Below, piece by piece: positions 28,836 to 38,683 of a stretch of 64,000 bases of DNA. Made by a program: the position numbers and the translations under genes. A model generated the notes under the pieces. That model did no database searches. It was not told where the DNA came from and was given only the letters and a program-made list of their open reading frames with translations. This DNA is from Ostreococcus lucimarinus (Eukaryota): assembly GCA_000092065.1 (NCBI GenBank), contig CP000587.1; one strand, given 5' to 3'. The first letter of the stretch is position 1. Every line of letters begins with the position of its first letter.

Positions 28836-31205
28836 GTGGAGGCGCCGTTCGGGGATGATGTGCCGGAAGAGTTTCGAAATTCGGCGTTGGAGTACGAGCT
28901 GCGGATGTATAACGGAGAGACGGCGCGGGCGGTGGTGTACCTGGTGTACGCTGAGCCGACGCGCGGGACGAGCGAGGCGCGAGGCGCGGGCGCGCGGGAC
29001 GGGAAGACGAAGGGCGTGAGTGATGGACGAGGGTTTTCATGGTTGCCGGTGATGCGGGAAAAGTGCGTGAAAGGTTGCGATGGGCCGATTTTGAGCGCGA
29101 TTCAGAGGTTTGGGAAGCAAGGGCGGACGCAAAAGAGTGCGGCTTCGCAAAAGGATGCGAAACCCGACGCCAAACCGACGGCGGAGAATGAGTGGAAGGA
29201 TTCACGAAACTTGTTCATCTCCATCGACGAGGCGAGTAATCACGTGTGTGCGTACGGACCGAATCAGTGCAAGGCATTCCGTTTGCTCTTTGGTTTGTAC
29301 GCCAAAGAAACGAACGAGTTTGTGGGGAGCGGCGTCTCAGGACCGATTCGCGTGTTGGCGAATAACGACGTGCCCAAGGGCGCGGCGGCTATGCGCGTGA
29401 AATGTGGATTGAGCGATTCGTGGAACGGTTGGAAGGAAACGGCAGAGAAGAGCGAGGATGATTTGCGAGAAATTTTCCGAGCAGCAAACTGCCCGCAACC
29501 GGCCGGGAAGGCGAACCAGAATCGTCGCCTCGACGACGCGACGCAGCAAAACGCGCGAAAGCCGTTGCAAACCCAGACCAACAACGGTGACAAGGTGGGA
29601 GGCAAGCGCGCGGCGGCCAAGGGAGGTGTAGCGCCGGCTCCGTCGAAGCGCCCGAAGCAAACCGTATCGCAAAAGGCGCAGCTTGCACGCGAATCGAAGT
29701 CGGTGAAGAGGACAAAGTCGGCTCGAAGCGGTGGCTACTTTGATTTCGACACCACCGTGAACACGGCGCTCCAAGATCTCGCGCTCGGTATGCCTGTACT
29801 CGGTGTTTCTGCGCAAGATTCGCAAGACTTACAGTTTCAGTTGAATGCAATCATGCCATCTCCCCTGGGGACGCCGCCGGATGAGAAAGCTGCCGGTGCT
29901 GGCGCGAACCCGTTTGCGGGTATGTTCGGTACGCCCGAATATCTTGCCGCGCAGGAGATCTTGGGCGACGCGCTGAACACGGCTGATCTACCTTCCTTAT
30001 GCACGCCCGGCGATAAAAAGGCCGAGACTAATTTGTACGACGGTATGCCGCCACCCACGACGGGAATGGGCACGTTCAAGTTTACTCCAGGAGCGTTTCC
30101 GAACATCGCGTCCACCGGCAGCATGATGTCCCTCTCTGGGTTGGACTCTCTCGGTGGGCTCATCGGAAGCGCATTTGGAAAGACGCCCGCAGAATTCAAG
30201 ACGAACAAAACAGAGTCGAAGATTTTCACGCGGTCTGCGAAGAAGGTGGCCGCAACCGGCGAACCGACGCCAGTGACGCAATTTGTGAACTCTCTTTTGA
30301 TGAGCAGGCAAAAGGCGTCGGCTGAGAGAACCGCTTCAATGCCGCGCACGTCTCGCAGAAGCACTCGCGCTGCGCTCAAGGAAGTGGCTCCGAGTGATGC
30401 AGCTCCGAGCACGACCGCGGCGAGCAAGTTGATAACTGCGCCCAAGTCTGCGACTGGACAAGCCGAAACTGGTATTGCGACCGGCGTCGCTTCGGCGCCC
30501 GGAGTGGAGGCTGCCGGAGCGACGTTCGACGTCGCCCCGATTCGCGGTGCTCGTAGTCGTCATGCTTCGCCGACTGGTGTTGCGCCCGTTCGCTTATTTT
30601 TCGCGTCTCCTTCAGGTCGCGGTGGAGAGACCTTGGACGGGAGCGATGACGAAGACGACGCTCTGGGATTTGCTTCTCCAAACTTGCGAAAGGATGTGGC
30701 TGGCGCCAACGGTCAACTGTTCAGTGCGCGGGGTAGACGTACGCGTAACGCACCGCAGATTCGGTTACCGCGCATGGCATCCGTTCCAGAGATTGCGAAC
30801 GAAATGACGGCTGGAGAAAAGGCGAGTGATCGTGCGGCTACTAAGGCTGCGAGATTGTCGGGTCACTTTCGTCCTGTGAAGATGCCGCCGCCGCCAAAAC
30901 ACGTCGCGGCGGGTCCGGATTCCATCAAACGGAAGACTAGACACAGTACGGTTCACTTTAGAAATGACGTCAACTTTGAAAACGAGGCTCCGAGCACGTC
31001 CAAGCGCAACGCTTCTGGTGAGGAGAACGAGGCTCCTTCACCGACGGATGTCGCCGCCGCCCTGCTTTCTCCCGGTTGGCCGTCGACGAAAAGGCGCAAG
31101 GCGCTCAATAAACACGCCGACGCGAGCGGTGAAATCAAAGGCAATTCTCCAGGATTCATCGCAACGATCAAGGAGCGCGTCACGAACGCCGTTGGGTGGG
31201 CGTGA
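28836..31205 (+). CDS. hypothetical protein: ~250-aa structured N-domain + ~500-aa S/T/A/P/K-rich disordered tail
   Basis: Complex N-domain (…GFSWLPVMREKCVKGCDGPILSAIQRFG…HVCAYGPNQCKAFRLLFGLYAKE…). The ORF-track start is a GTG, and the first in-frame ATG is at ~28902 (MYNGE…). The 5' end is unresolved. Confidence 0.55.
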   Translation: MEAPFGDDVPEEFRNSALEYELRMYNGETARAVVYLVYAEPTRGTSEARGAGARDGKTKGVSDGRGFSWLPVMREKCVKGCDGPILSAIQRFGKQGRTQKSAASQKDAKPDAKPTAENEWKDSRNLFISIDEASNHVCAYGPNQCKAFRLLFGLYAKETNEFVGSGVSGPIRVLANNDVPKGAAAMRVKCGLSDSWNGWKETAEKSEDDLREIFRAANCPQPAGKANQNRRLDDATQQNARKPLQTQTNNGDKVGGKRAAAKGGVAPAPSKRPKQTVSQKAQLARESKSVKRTKSARSGGYFDFDTTVNTALQDLALGMPVLGVSAQDSQDLQFQLNAIMPSPLGTPPDEKAAGAGANPFAGMFGTPEYLAAQEILGDALNTADLPSLCTPGDKKAETNLYDGMPPPTTGMGTFKFTPGAFPNIASTGSMMSLSGLDSLGGLIGSAFGKTPAEFKTNKTESKIFTRSAKKVAATGEPTPVTQFVNSLLMSRQKASAERTASMPRTSRRSTRAALKEVAPSDAAPSTTAASKLITAPKSATGQAETGIATGVASAPGVEAAGATFDVAPIRGARSRHASPTGVAPVRLFFASPSGRGGETLDGSDDEDDALGFASPNLRKDVAGANGQLFSARGRRTRNAPQIRLPRMASVPEIANEMTAGEKASDRAATKAARLSGHFRPVKMPPPPKHVAAGPDSIKRKTRHSTVHFRNDVNFENEAPSTSKRNASGEENEAPSPTDVAAALLSPGWPSTKRRKALNKHADASGEIKGNSPGFIATIKERVTNAVGWA

Positions 31206-31492
31206 ATCGACGCACATCCTCTTCGTCGCCGCCTCGAGTGAGCCGAGCCGAGTCGCCCGCAAGCGGCGTCTCGCTCGCCCGTTCGTCGCGCGTCTGTGTA
31301 AACCTGAACTCTCAGCAAGTAGCGATCCAGTCTCGCCTTCGCGGGCTTTGTAATCATCACCATCATCACACATCGCACGACGTTCGCTCACGCGTCCGCG
31401 GTCCACCGCGCGCCGCTTCTCCTCGCGCTGTAAATATCTGCACATGGCGGTAAACCTAAGCACGAATAATCGCCACTCCGCGACTGTCGCCG

Positions 31493-32335
31493 ATGCAACG
31501 CGCGCGAACCGTCATTGACGCCTACACGAAGGCGCTCAAGACCAAACAAATACTCCCAGTCTCTCTCGTCCGCACGACGACCGCCGCCCCGACGATGCAA
31601 AGCGCCAGCGCGACGATGTACACCGCCGCCGCCGTGCGCGCGCGATTCCCGACGATCACCTCCACGCGCGCGCGCGTGCCCGCGATGACGCGCGTGAACG
31701 GACGAAACGGTGAAATGAAAATTTCACGAGGATTTTCCGTCGTCGCCGAGGCGTCCGAGGGCGAGGAAGGCGCGCAAGCGGAGCATAAGCTTTACATTGG
31801 CAACTTGAGCTGGAACTCGACCGACGAGGACTTGCAAGAGATCTTTGGTGAATTTAACGTCGTCGAAGCGAGCGTGGTGATGGACAGGAACACTGGACGA
31901 AGCCGTGGATTCGCGTTCGTGACGTTAGCGAGCGCGGAAGACATGGAACGCGCGATGGCGGCGACGAACGGCGTCGACGTCGACGGACGAGAGTTGCGCG
32001 TGTCCCAGGCGCAAACCGCGGGTGAACGCCGGGACCGACCGATGCGTATGGATGGTGAACGCAGACCTCAGCGCAACCGTGATGCTGATAACCGACGAGT
32101 GTACTTTGGTAACTTGTCCTGGGGTATGGATCATCTCGATTTGCAGGACCTTTGCGGCGAGTTTGGCTCCGTCGAGGACAGCCGGTTGATCACCGATCGC
32201 GAGACTGGACGCTCGCGTGGGTTCGGTTTCGTCACCATGAGCAGCGAAGCCGAAGCCGATGAGGTTGTGGCGCAGCTCAACGGCCAAGATGTCGACGGGC
32301 GCGTGCTCCGAGTTAACATCGCCAACTCTGACTAA
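31493..32335 (+). CDS. chloroplast-type ribonucleoprotein (cpRNP, 2 RRM)
   Basis: Ser/Thr/Ala-rich transit-peptide-like N-terminus, acidic linker (EASEGEEGAQ), then two canonical RRMs: KLYIGNLSWN…RGFAFVTL and RVYFGNLSWG…RGFGFVTM. Confidence 0.85.
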   Translation: MQRARTVIDAYTKALKTKQILPVSLVRTTTAAPTMQSASATMYTAAAVRARFPTITSTRARVPAMTRVNGRNGEMKISRGFSVVAEASEGEEGAQAEHKLYIGNLSWNSTDEDLQEIFGEFNVVEASVVMDRNTGRSRGFAFVTLASAEDMERAMAATNGVDVDGRELRVSQAQTAGERRDRPMRMDGERRPQRNRDADNRRVYFGNLSWGMDHLDLQDLCGEFGSVEDSRLITDRETGRSRGFGFVTMSSEAEADEVVAQLNGQDVDGRVLRVNIANSD

Positions 32336-32511
32336 TCAGTTTGGCGGCGAACTCGTGCGTCAATGTGGATTCTGCTATCTTTTTCTAATACGCGCGTCGA
32401 ACGCGGGATGATAATTTAGACGTTACTAGTTAATTTTCAGTGACGACAATTGTTTTGTCTTGTAATTTTACAATCGGCTGCCCGAAATGTACTTTGAAGC
32501 GCGCGCCTAAA

Positions 32512-34290
32512 TTACCCGTCGCCTGCGACGACGGCGTCGACAGCTTCGTTGAAAATCTCCACCATTTTGTCCAATACCTCGTACTGTGACTTTTGGATTC
32601 GTTTTTTGTCTTGAAGTTTGAATTCTTGCTCGGCGTCCCAGGGTGGGAGCGGTTCGATTTTCTTCAGAGAGTCCCACGAGCCGAGGTATTCGCGCTTGTC
32701 GAATCTCCAGACCTCGTGGTCCTCTTTGTTCGAAATGATGGCGCCCCATGTGTAGTGCATCACCGAACTCTGGCCAATCGCGATATCGGCAGGTGGTTGT
32801 ATCATAAGTTTCTGGAACGGTACGGGTGGGAGCTCGAACTCAAGCTTCGGTCGTACTGCCGCCGCGGCGAAGGACCAAGCATACATGTCTCTTACCCATC
32901 CAAACACTCTCTTAACGACCTCGTTCGACTCCCCGAACTCGACTTTATCCGCCCACACCGGCGCGACACGCTCTAAATCATCTCGATGTATACACTGAGG
33001 TGCATTCCCAGTTTGGTAAACGTCCTTCAACGGGCCATCCTTCGACACATCGTGCAACAACACCGACGCCTCCTTGGCGTCCGGGTACGAAGGTACAATA
33101 TACCCGAACAAAAATCCGTACGAAATACCCTTGGCGAGCAAGACGCTCGGTGGTGGGCTACGAATAAACAAATAATCGGTTTCCGCCATCAAGATGTGCG
33201 AACATCGCCTAGAATCGTCCGACTTCATCCATTCAGCGATGGCTCGCGCGCGATCCTTCACCGCGTAGTCGCAAGAATTATCGCATTCAACGTGCGTTGG
33301 ATCGGCGCGCCATGTCGGGACGAGATCCATCAAGCTATCATCTGTTGAACGATGCAAAATTCTAGTGAAATGTCGTAAAACGCTATCCTTTTCGCTCGCT
33401 GCTTTCTTCCAAGTCTGGTAGAACACACGCGTCTGCCAATTCATATACGGCGAGCCGTTACTCGTAATCATCGTATGCACGCATGTCTTCAATTCTGTGC
33501 TCTCTGCGTCATACCTTGACTTCTTCGGATATAATACTCCACTCGTTGTCTTTCTGTTGTGCTCTTCACCGTACATCGGAGGGAGATAATCATTTATCAG
33601 AGTCCCGGTGAAGCACTCGTTCGGCTTGGCGGGATCGTGCCTCCAAAACTGACATTTAGCCGTCTTCTTGCACAGCTCGCAGCAATCTCGCGCGACGGTG
33701 ATCGATACTCCCTCGACCGACTGAGTCAGAGGTTGTGGTCCCCAGTAATCGCTCTGAGGTAACTCGTGACACTCGTCTTCCGGCGTCTCGGCGTCGCGTA
33801 TCCTTCGCCACTCCTCTGCGTCGTACCCATCCCTACTCGAGATATCATCCATCACGCGCGCCGTTTGCGCGCCTTGTTCCCCTAGGCGTCCCCGCTCGTC
33901 GCGTTCGCCTTCCTCGATCACTTTCGCCGGCGCCCGATCGCTCTCGTCGTCGTCGTCGCGCGCTCGACGTTCCGTCCCGGCGACGCCGTCGCCCTTCTCG
34001 CCACGTCTCACCGCTTTCGTGCGTTCTGTCGCCGCCGCCCGCGCATCGTACGCGTCGATTCTACTCTGCACGCGCTCTCGAACGTACGCCTCGACCTCAC
34101 GCTCATCGCTGAAGCGTCCTAAAGTCGAAGCCGCGGTGGGATCTTCATCTTTTGGAAAGTGTGGCGTCACGCGGTCGACGATGAGCGCGTACACGCACGC
34201 GGCGATGAAGAGAGTCAGCGCGGAGGACGTTATTTTCGCCCCTCGCGACGCTCGCGGCGGGGAGGAGCCGGGGAAGGGTCGACGCTTCAT
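32512..34290 (-). CDS. type II membrane glycosyltransferase, hydroxyproline O-arabinosyltransferase / peptidyl-Ser galactosyltransferase-like (GT95/GT96-type)
   Basis: N-terminal signal anchor (ITSSALTLFIAACVYALIV). HTMITSNGSPYMNWQTRVFYQTWKK resembles the conserved block shared by plant HPAT and algal SGT1 enzymes. Cys-rich PAN-like segment (CCELCKKTAKCQFW). Assignment is from memory of the family and not verified. Confidence 0.55.
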   Translation of the reverse strand: MKRRPFPGSSPPRASRGAKITSSALTLFIAACVYALIVDRVTPHFPKDEDPTAASTLGRFSDEREVEAYVRERVQSRIDAYDARAAATERTKAVRRGEKGDGVAGTERRARDDDDESDRAPAKVIEEGERDERGRLGEQGAQTARVMDDISSRDGYDAEEWRRIRDAETPEDECHELPQSDYWGPQPLTQSVEGVSITVARDCCELCKKTAKCQFWRHDPAKPNECFTGTLINDYLPPMYGEEHNRKTTSGVLYPKKSRYDAESTELKTCVHTMITSNGSPYMNWQTRVFYQTWKKAASEKDSVLRHFTRILHRSTDDSLMDLVPTWRADPTHVECDNSCDYAVKDRARAIAEWMKSDDSRRCSHILMAETDYLFIRSPPPSVLLAKGISYGFLFGYIVPSYPDAKEASVLLHDVSKDGPLKDVYQTGNAPQCIHRDDLERVAPVWADKVEFGESNEVVKRVFGWVRDMYAWSFAAAAVRPKLEFELPPVPFQKLMIQPPADIAIGQSSVMHYTWGAIISNKEDHEVWRFDKREYLGSWDSLKKIEPLPPWDAEQEFKLQDKKRIQKSQYEVLDKMVEIFNEAVDAVVAGDG

Positions 34291-34407
34291 CTCGCGCGCC
34301 GCGGCGAAGAGTGCCGCGACTGACGCGACGTCGAGCGTTTAGAGGGAGCGACGCGCGGCGTGGAATGAACGGTCGATGATTGCAAGGGACTACAGCGCGT
34401 TACTCGT

Positions 34408-36267
34408 TTAATCGTACTTGGTGTAAGAATTCGATGGCATGAGGAAGCACTTGGCGAGCGACAACAATCCACCGAACTGTTGCGCGACGTTCAAGCCGAA
34501 GAACATGCGCGACAGCGCCTTGCAAAAGGCAAACGCGTTATCCGCCACGGGGTAGCACAACGGAGGAGGGATATTGGTCTTCATGAGCCATGGAAATCGA
34601 TCGACGACGACGGATTTCGGGACGCAGCAACCGCGGAGTCCTTCAATACCGGCGAAGCGGTCGAAGCCGGATTCCTTGACGCCGCCAAAGGGAAGGGACT
34701 GCGCCATGTACGTCGAGCAAAAGTCATTGATGGAAGTCATACCGGCCTCCAGCTGTGAGCCAAGCTTTTCTGCGCGTCTCGTTGAGCGCGTGAAAACATT
34801 TGATCCGAGACCAAAGTCGCAGTCGTTCGCGAGCGAGATGGATTCCTCGTCGCTCTTTGTCTTGACGATGGCGAGCACGGGACCAAAGACCTCTTCGCGA
34901 GCGATTCGCATATCGTGCGTGATGCCAGAGATCACTGTCGGAGGGTAGAACTGACCACCCTGGGCGCCCAGTTCGATCTTACCACCGACGTGGACGGTCG
35001 CACCACGTGCGACGGCGTCGTCGATGAGAGACTGCACGTACTGCGCTTGCTTTGGCATGCACATCGCCCCACAATCCACGGACGAGCTCAGCGCCCATCC
35101 TTGACGTAACTTCCTCGCCGACTCCAGTACTTTGGCTAAAAACTTGTCGTGAATCTTCTCATGCACGTAGAATCGTTCGGCTCCCGCGCAGTTTTGACCG
35201 CACGATTGAAACGCGCCGCGCAGCGCCATGGGAACGCACTGCTTGAGATCCGCGTCTGCGCAGACGATGAACGGATCTTTACCACCGAGTTCGAGGACGA
35301 CCGGAGTCAAAGTCTTCGCCGCTGCCTCCATAACCTTACGTCCGATGCCAGTGGATCCGACGAAGACTACCTTTTGCACACCGCCAGTGACCAACGCGCT
35401 GCCCGCTTCGCCGTAACCGGTGATGATTTGCACCAAGTCGCGCGGCGCTCCCACGGCATCAAGCGCGGCATCGATGACGCGACCGTAGTACTGCGAGCTC
35501 CAGCTCGCGTACTCACTCACCTTGACGACGAGCGCGTTCCCCGCGAACAAGTTCGCCACCAAAGGATTGAAAACGTTGTGAAACGGATAATTCCACGGCA
35601 CGATTGCGCCCATGACGCCCACCGGATGATACTCCACCCGCGCCTTCTTATAAAACATCATGGCCCCGGTCGATCGCTTCTCGGGTTTCAACCACCGCTC
35701 GCCCTCGTTGCACAGCCATCGAATCTTCTCCAGCGTCACCAGAACCTCCCCGAACGCCGCGTCCACCAACGGCTTACCGCTGTCTCGCGCGCTCACTCGA
35801 CAAATCGTATCCTGCTCTTCCAATATGAACCGCTGTATCACCCGCAGCAGCTTCCGACGCGTCGCGAACGAGCTTTTCGCCCACTCTCTCTGCGCCTTCG
35901 CCGCTTTGGCGATTCTCTCTCGCACTTCCTCCGCCCGCATCGCCGGCAGGTTCGGTCCGAGCGCGCGCATGTTCCCCGGATCGTAGCACGGCACGCTGTC
36001 CGTCGGCCACGCCGCGTTCGCGTCCCACCGCGCGCCCTCCACGCCGCGCGCCTCCTCGTCCGTCAGCGTCACGCGCAGTCTCGGCGCGCGCGTCGCGCGC
36101 AGCGCGCGCAGCACCACCGCCGCGACGAGCGCGACGATCCAAAACCGGCGCTCGTCGACGAGCGCGATCTCGAGCGCGAGCGCCGCCCGCGCGAGCTCGC
36201 GCGCGCGCGGCGGCATCGGGACCGCGTCGAGGACGCTCGCGAGCGCGCGCGTCGCGTCGCGGGACAT
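34408..36267 (-). CDS. ALDH: aldehyde dehydrogenase (ALDH22-like, membrane-anchored N-terminus)
   Basis: ALDH catalytic Cys and Glu blocks (ELGGKDPFIVCADADL; FQSCGQNCAGAERFYVHE) and the Rossmann GxxxxG (FVGSTGIGRKV). The start is set at MSRDATRALASVLD…. The ORF-track extension to 37341 is an antisense frame of the glutaminyl cyclase gene. Confidence 0.9.
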   Translation of the reverse strand: MSRDATRALASVLDAVPMPPRARELARAALALEIALVDERRFWIVALVAAVVLRALRATRAPRLRVTLTDEEARGVEGARWDANAAWPTDSVPCYDPGNMRALGPNLPAMRAEEVRERIAKAAKAQREWAKSSFATRRKLLRVIQRFILEEQDTICRVSARDSGKPLVDAAFGEVLVTLEKIRWLCNEGERWLKPEKRSTGAMMFYKKARVEYHPVGVMGAIVPWNYPFHNVFNPLVANLFAGNALVVKVSEYASWSSQYYGRVIDAALDAVGAPRDLVQIITGYGEAGSALVTGGVQKVVFVGSTGIGRKVMEAAAKTLTPVVLELGGKDPFIVCADADLKQCVPMALRGAFQSCGQNCAGAERFYVHEKIHDKFLAKVLESARKLRQGWALSSSVDCGAMCMPKQAQYVQSLIDDAVARGATVHVGGKIELGAQGGQFYPPTVISGITHDMRIAREEVFGPVLAIVKTKSDEESISLANDCDFGLGSNVFTRSTRRAEKLGSQLEAGMTSINDFCSTYMAQSLPFGGVKESGFDRFAGIEGLRGCCVPKSVVVDRFPWLMKTNIPPPLCYPVADNAFAFCKALSRMFFGLNVAQQFGGLLSLAKCFLMPSNSYTKYD

Positions 36268-36501
36268 GACGGACGACGGCGCGTCGCGATGTCGCGAGTC
36301 GCGTCGCATCGCGACGCTCGAGGCGCGGTCGTCGATGCCGAGCGACGACGACGCGACGACGGCGGACGCGCGCGAGGCGGAGACGGACGCGCTCGTCGCG
36401 CGCGTCGACATGGCGCGCGCGAGGGAACGACGCGAGGCGACGACGACGACGCGCGCGGCGACGGGCGCGGTCGTCGCGTGCGCGCTGCTGGCGCTCGCGC
36501 G

Positions 36502-36536
<35 letters not shown>

Positions 36537-37378
36537 CGGCGCTCGGCGCGCGGCGCGGCGCGAGAGACGACGGCGAACCGCGAGTGTTCTCGTACGACGT
36601 CGTCGAGGCGCACGCGCACGACGCGAACGCGTTCACGCAGGGATTGACGACGTGCGGAGACGGGATCATGTGCGAGAGCACGGGGGCGGTGGGCGGGACG
36701 CCGAGCGAGGTGCGGACGACGACGACGGCGACGGGGGCGAGACGCGCGGGCGCGGACGTGGGCGGCGCGTTCGCGGAGGGCCTGACGCGCGTGGGCGACG
36801 ACGTGCACGTGATTTCTTGGAAGTCTAATCGCGGGTTCACGTACGCGGTGACGGCGGAGGGTGAGGTGACGAAGAAGTGGACGTTTGAGACGCCGTTGTC
36901 GGACGGTTGGGGTTTGACGTCGCTCGACGGCGAGCTGTACGTCACGGACGCGAGCGACAAGTTGCACGTGCTCGACGTCCCCGGACGGGACGGGGCGAAG
37001 TTGAAGTTGAAACGATCGATGACCATCACGGATGACGGCAAAGCCATCAGATTCGCGAACGAATTGGAGACCATAGGAGGCGACGTGTACGCCAATATCC
37101 TCGAGCGGCCGTGCTTGGCGAGAATCGATCCCGCGAACGGCAAAGTGACCGCGTGGGTGAATTTAGATGGATTGAAGCAAGCGTCCCCGAACGATGGCCG
37201 CGGTGATGTGTTGAATGGGATCGCGTACGACGAAAAACTTGATGCCTTGTACGTTACGGGCAAGAATTGGCCGACGATGTTCCGGTTGAAGCTTCGCGAG
37301 GAGCAAGGCGCGAGCCTGGACGCGGTTCGCGCGACGTGCACGCCCCCTTCGAGTCTACCGGGATACGGATACTTGTAG
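36266..37378 (+). CDS. glutaminyl-peptide cyclotransferase, plant/bacterial beta-propeller type
   Basis: FSYDVVEAHAHDANAFTQGL…, …KWTFETPLSDGWGLTSLDGELYVTDASDKLHVLD and …VLNGIAYDEKLDALYVTGKNWPTMFRL match the plant QC propeller. Probable signal peptide, so the true start may be the internal MARARERRE…. The ORF-track ATG overlaps the ALDH ATG in a CATG. Confidence 0.85.
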
Positions 37379-37423
37379 CGCGATTACGAAGGATGTAGAT
37401 TATGACACTCTTATTATTGATAA

Positions 37424-37449
37424 TAACCTATGTGATATCACATAGGTTA
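37424..37449. repeat. 26-bp perfect AT-rich palindrome taacctatgtgatatcacataggtta
   Basis: Direct read (coordinates +/-1). It sits in a 160-bp AT-rich island between the convergent glutaminyl cyclase (+) and His-rich protein (-) genes. Confidence 0.7.
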
Positions 37450-37539
37450 AATACACGCTAATTCTCGCGCCGGTTAGTGGGTTCAACTTATTTTACAGCT
37501 ATCTTTCGTGTGCGTCAGCCACATACATACACACATCGT

Positions 37540-38430
37540 TTAGCCGAGCATGTTCACAAGCAAAATCCACTTGTGCTTGATTGGATTGTCTTTTTCGTCC
37601 CTCTTCTTTGCTTCCAAGTATTGATGCGTCACGATCGACATCACGGCGTGAATACAATCAAATTCTTGCCTTTCGTCCAACATCGGCACGTCTATGACCA
37701 AGTTCAAATCGTCGCACACGTTGTTCAACCACTCCTCGAGGTCACCTCGCCGTTCGTGCTCCACGGCGTCGTTAAAAAAGTGACCCGCGCCAGTGCGGCG
37801 CAGCTCGCGCTCGATAGCGTCAGCGATGCAGTCGACCGCCTTGACGCAGATGATTTGTTCCGTCATCGGATTCATCATCGGCACGTGAATCAACCGGTTC
37901 AAAAACGTCGCGATGACCCATCGCGTCGTCTGGTCGATTTCATGCGGCTGCGCGTGGTGCACCAGCGTATCCGGTTTCGGCGCTTCGTTCGCGACGTGAT
38001 CTTTCACCATCTGGAGCGCCTTCGTCGACGCCGCGCCGCGCGTCTCTCGATCCGCCAATTCCAACGCCGCGCGTCCCTCTTGCGTCTTGTGCCACTTCTC
38101 CAAATCGCGCGCCGCGCGCGACTTGAACCACCCGTGTCCGTGGTCGTGGTGGTGATTATGATGATGGGTGTGTCCACCGCCGATCGCCATGGCGTCGACG
38201 CGGACGTTACCGCGCGCGGCGGCGAGAATCGTCACCGGAGGTGTTCGACGTTTGCGGTCGCCGCCGCGCCGCGCGCGCGATGGCGTCGGCGCGCGAGCGC
38301 GCGCGGCGTCGACGCTGGCGCGCATTGTTGGTGATTCGCGACGACGCGCGCGGTCGAGCGATGCGAGGCACCGTGTGGCGATCGAGCGAGAGGGCTCGAT
38401 CGTAACGTGCCGATCGGCGGTCGGTCGCAC
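37540..38430 (-). CDS. hypothetical His-rich protein (HTHHHNHHHDHGHGW motif)
   Basis: Arg-rich presequence-like N-terminus, His cluster, then a ~200-aa complex domain (…ICVKAVDCIADAIERELRRTG…LNLVIDVPMLDERQEFDCIHAV…). No P-loop, so it is not UreG/HypB/ZNG1-type. Confidence 0.5.
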   Translation of the reverse strand: MRPTADRHVTIEPSRSIATRCLASLDRARRRESPTMRASVDAARARAPTPSRARRGGDRKRRTPPVTILAAARGNVRVDAMAIGGGHTHHHNHHHDHGHGWFKSRAARDLEKWHKTQEGRAALELADRETRGAASTKALQMVKDHVANEAPKPDTLVHHAQPHEIDQTTRWVIATFLNRLIHVPMMNPMTEQIICVKAVDCIADAIERELRRTGAGHFFNDAVEHERRGDLEEWLNNVCDDLNLVIDVPMLDERQEFDCIHAVMSIVTHQYLEAKKRDEKDNPIKHKWILLVNMLG

Positions 38431-38683
38431 TTATTTTGACTGCGAAGGCGAGGATTCAGAGTTGGTTCAAACTGCTGATTGCAATAGTGATTATGTGCTA
38501 AGTGTCGCGCGACTGATTCGACAGACGCGTCGGGCGCGAGCGATGATCGAGGCGATGGACGCTCGCGCCGCGGCGGCGCGCGTGAGAAATCGGGCGCAGA
38601 CAGGCGCTTCTAGTGCGTTCGCGCGCGCGGAAACCGGCGAACGAAACAAACAATCCCTTCTAAGGAAATGAATGGTCGGTGGC

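Noticed and set aside
35149-36828. 559-aa plus-strand ORF and other long ORFs overlapping ALDH
   Set aside because: Antisense frames of the ALDH gene. Arg/Asp/Gly-rich with no domain.
36268-37341. Upstream 360 aa of the 977-aa minus ORF containing ALDH
   Set aside because: Ala/Val/Arg-rich antisense frame of the glutaminyl cyclase gene. ALDH homology begins only at ~36267.
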